The notes beneath the pieces were generated by a model, which saw only the letters and a list, made by a program, of their open reading frames with translations, was not told the DNA's origin and searched no databases. Below, in pieces: positions 38,787-41,219 of a stretch of DNA of 41,219 nt (its first letter is position 1; each line of letters starts with the position of its first letter). The stretch covers positions 1,168,591 through 1,209,809 of the forward strand of contig NW_003526945.1 in the NCBI RefSeq assembly GCF_000181795.1. The letters run 5' to 3'. This stretch comes from Trichinella spiralis. Its lineage: Eukaryota. Both the position numbers and the translations under genes were made by a program.

Positions 38787-41219
38787 CTGTTAGACTTACT
38801 CTAATGTATATTTTTTTAAGTTGGATTTATCTTGTCAATTGATTTTCGCGTGATTGAGTTTCCAATTTTGTTTCAATGGCAAAACGGCTGTATTATGTTC
38901 CTCATCAGAATGTCATATATTGGAATACATGTTCATGATAAATCTCTTGTATTTCACAACTCTCCGTCTTTGTAAATCCAGCGCCCCCGTATGTTTTACA
39001 TTAAGTGAAGGAATATGATTTCTTTTTACAAGAGTATTGCAGTGCAATATTACGTGAATGTTGCAAGTATAATACATCAGTAGTTACTACTGGAAAGGAA
39101 GTGTATCTCTGTCGGCTACTGGAAAATTGTGTCTGTTAATCGTGTTTTCCTTTTAGTTGGGCTGACGCGGGAATGTGAAGCCTGACGGAAAAGCATTAGA
39201 CGTTTCGTTGTGTGAACACATGCTCAAAAGGCCAAGATCACCAACGACTTAGGAGTATATATGTAATTCAATTCTGAACCACAGGGCAATAAATTAAAAG
39301 CATATGCGAATCTGCTGGTAATTCTGTCACTGATGGCAGCCAGCTTGGATGCACCACAGCTTGCTTCAATATTAAGAGAAATAAATACAAATTTCATTTA
39401 TCGTAAATGCTGGTATTGCAGCAGAGAGTTTTATTTTGCATGAGCACTGATAAAAGGCAAAAAATAGAAATAAAGCAGATGAAATGTAAAAAAGTAAAAA
39501 ATTCTTATAATACTATGTTAAAGTGAACTTCAAATATGAAATCACGTAGAGGTTATTAATAGTTGCCAATACAGCATTATACATTATTTGAATTATTAAA
39601 TTAACAATAAGAAGGTTACTAAGAAATGCGTAAATGAGAGAAATGCAAAGGTTGCTTCCCTAGTTTCATTTTATTACACTGCTTATCGATGAACGGTCTC
39701 AATGCGTAAACAAGGTGCAAGAGCAAGATGCCATATTCAGGTAGAAAGTTAATACCAAAACTTATTTTCCTGATGTTTTGCTATGAATGCATGTATATTT
39801 TAGAATTTAAGCAATTTTCTATTGGAGATGCGCAAAACGTAAAATACTTTTAAAGCATAATTCTCAATTTGAATCACATACAGTTAAAAGTTGAAAGCGT
39901 TGAACAAATGCATATTTCAATTTGTTATTTTGCCTAATCGTCTAGATTTATCTAGAGAAGACGATAAAATTTTCAATTTACACTTGCTCATGGCATTCAA
40001 CTTCATTATCTACTGTACAGGGTGAATATCATTATGCGCATAGTGTTATCTATTATGCAGGACAAAAAAATGTCGTTTTCATACAGAAATCATTTTCAAT
40101 TTAATTTTATTATCTCTTTATATTGTTTTCTAAATTTTGCACCATGTAGACATTACATAAATCAAAATCTTCATCTAGCTAATTTTGCTTGTCAGATGGC
40201 GCAACCAGTGTGATCAATCATTGTTTATTTTTTGTTGACATTATGTTCTAATTCAGATTGGAGTAGCATATTGTACTTACATAAGCCTGTGGTTACCGCT
40301 ACGTGTGCAGCGTCAGTCTTTTATGCAAATTTGCCGTTTGAAAATTAACTTCATATTAGCACTGCGCCAGGTATATGATCTAACAGAAGCATCGACAGCG
40401 ATGTTTGCTCGATCTATTTCCGCTTTAACTACTGAATAAGGTGTGTTATTAGATATAGAGGAATCTTATCTATTCAAACAAAGGCGTGGTGCAGTTTCAA
40501 TTTGAATTTGCATTTCAATTTGCTTGCTTTTGAGCTTATGCGGGGCCTGCATAATATTTGTTCAAGGAAATGAGAAATACGTTTCGTACTTGTTAATCAA
40601 TAGAAATGAACTTTATGTAAATTTTCCTGAGGCGACTATTAGTTGCTCTAGAAATTCATTTCAAATGATTGTAGGCGAACGATGTGCGGCGAATGAGCAA
40701 TGGCGTTTTCAGTACGATGATGGACGAAGAAGAACAATAAAAACGGCTTTGTTTTTTATTTATTATAACATTATTTCATTAAATTAATTCTTCTACATTT
40801 AGATACAGAAGAATAGAAGATAAAAGAAGACATCCCAAAGACAAGGGTAAGTTAGGTAAGTATAATTCTTTGAGTTAGACTAATTAGTTAAAGTTCACTG
40901 AGGAGTTCTTGAGTCTGTAATTTATATAAATTCGAGCTGTAAGTTATCGAGCATTTAATTCAGATGTTTGTTAATTAGAGTAACTGGATGTAGATCCTGA
41001 GTATTATTATAATTAATTTGAGTGGCTTTCCGCATTTGAACGTTTTCACGTCCCATGCCTTGTCGAGTTGAGTTTAGGGTTCATTTGCGGAAAGTGAAAT
41101 GGTTGAATAATTTGTCGATCATTTCAAAGGACAATTTTTGAGCATAGTGAGTTTGTAGCACTGCTATAGTTTGCCGTATTAAGAGATAAGTAAATGTTTG
41201 AGAATAGCAGTGCAAGGAT

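Larger units (their letters stand above)
33820..38820. repeat. Tandem array of a ~1284-bp unit, about 4 units visible, interrupted by two scaffold gaps
   Basis: Identical spurious ORFs recur at 36449/37733 and 35928/37212 (offset 1284) and at 35018. Diverged copies lie at both ends (33820-34436 and about 38050-38820). Confidence 0.95.

Noticed and set aside
33820..38820. CRISPR array, rDNA or 5S repeat
   Set aside because: Eukaryotic context, no short repeat-spacer structure, and no recognisable rRNA or 5S sequence in the unit.

Overview
This is eukaryotic, AT-rich genomic DNA with dense ~50-65 nt spliceosomal introns, most likely a nematode. A clade I / Trichinella-like origin is my inference from gene content and intron style and is not proven. 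The ORF track mostly shows exon fragments. I reconstructed four genes by hand: a 17-exon GM130/GOLGA2 golgin (+, 727-5772), a PLP/M6-family proteolipid gene (+, 8417-9248), a complete ~75-exon cytoplasmic dynein-2 heavy chain (DYNC2H1/che-3; -, 10004-27897) with an RFX/DAF-19 X-box about 70 bp upstream of its ATG, and a divergently transcribed two-exon URB2/Npa2-like gene (+, 28646-33087). From about 33820 to 38820 there is a ~1284-bp tandem array containing two assembly gaps. The most unusual observation is that each array unit carries a copy of an 81-nt minus-strand exon. The two terminal copies are open and keep AG/GT splice sites despite only ~60% identity, while the homogenised internal copies have lost both splice sites and carry stops. 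The array therefore looks like an amplified exon+intron block inside a possibly kelch-like gene. No prokaryotic features, tRNA or rRNA were found.
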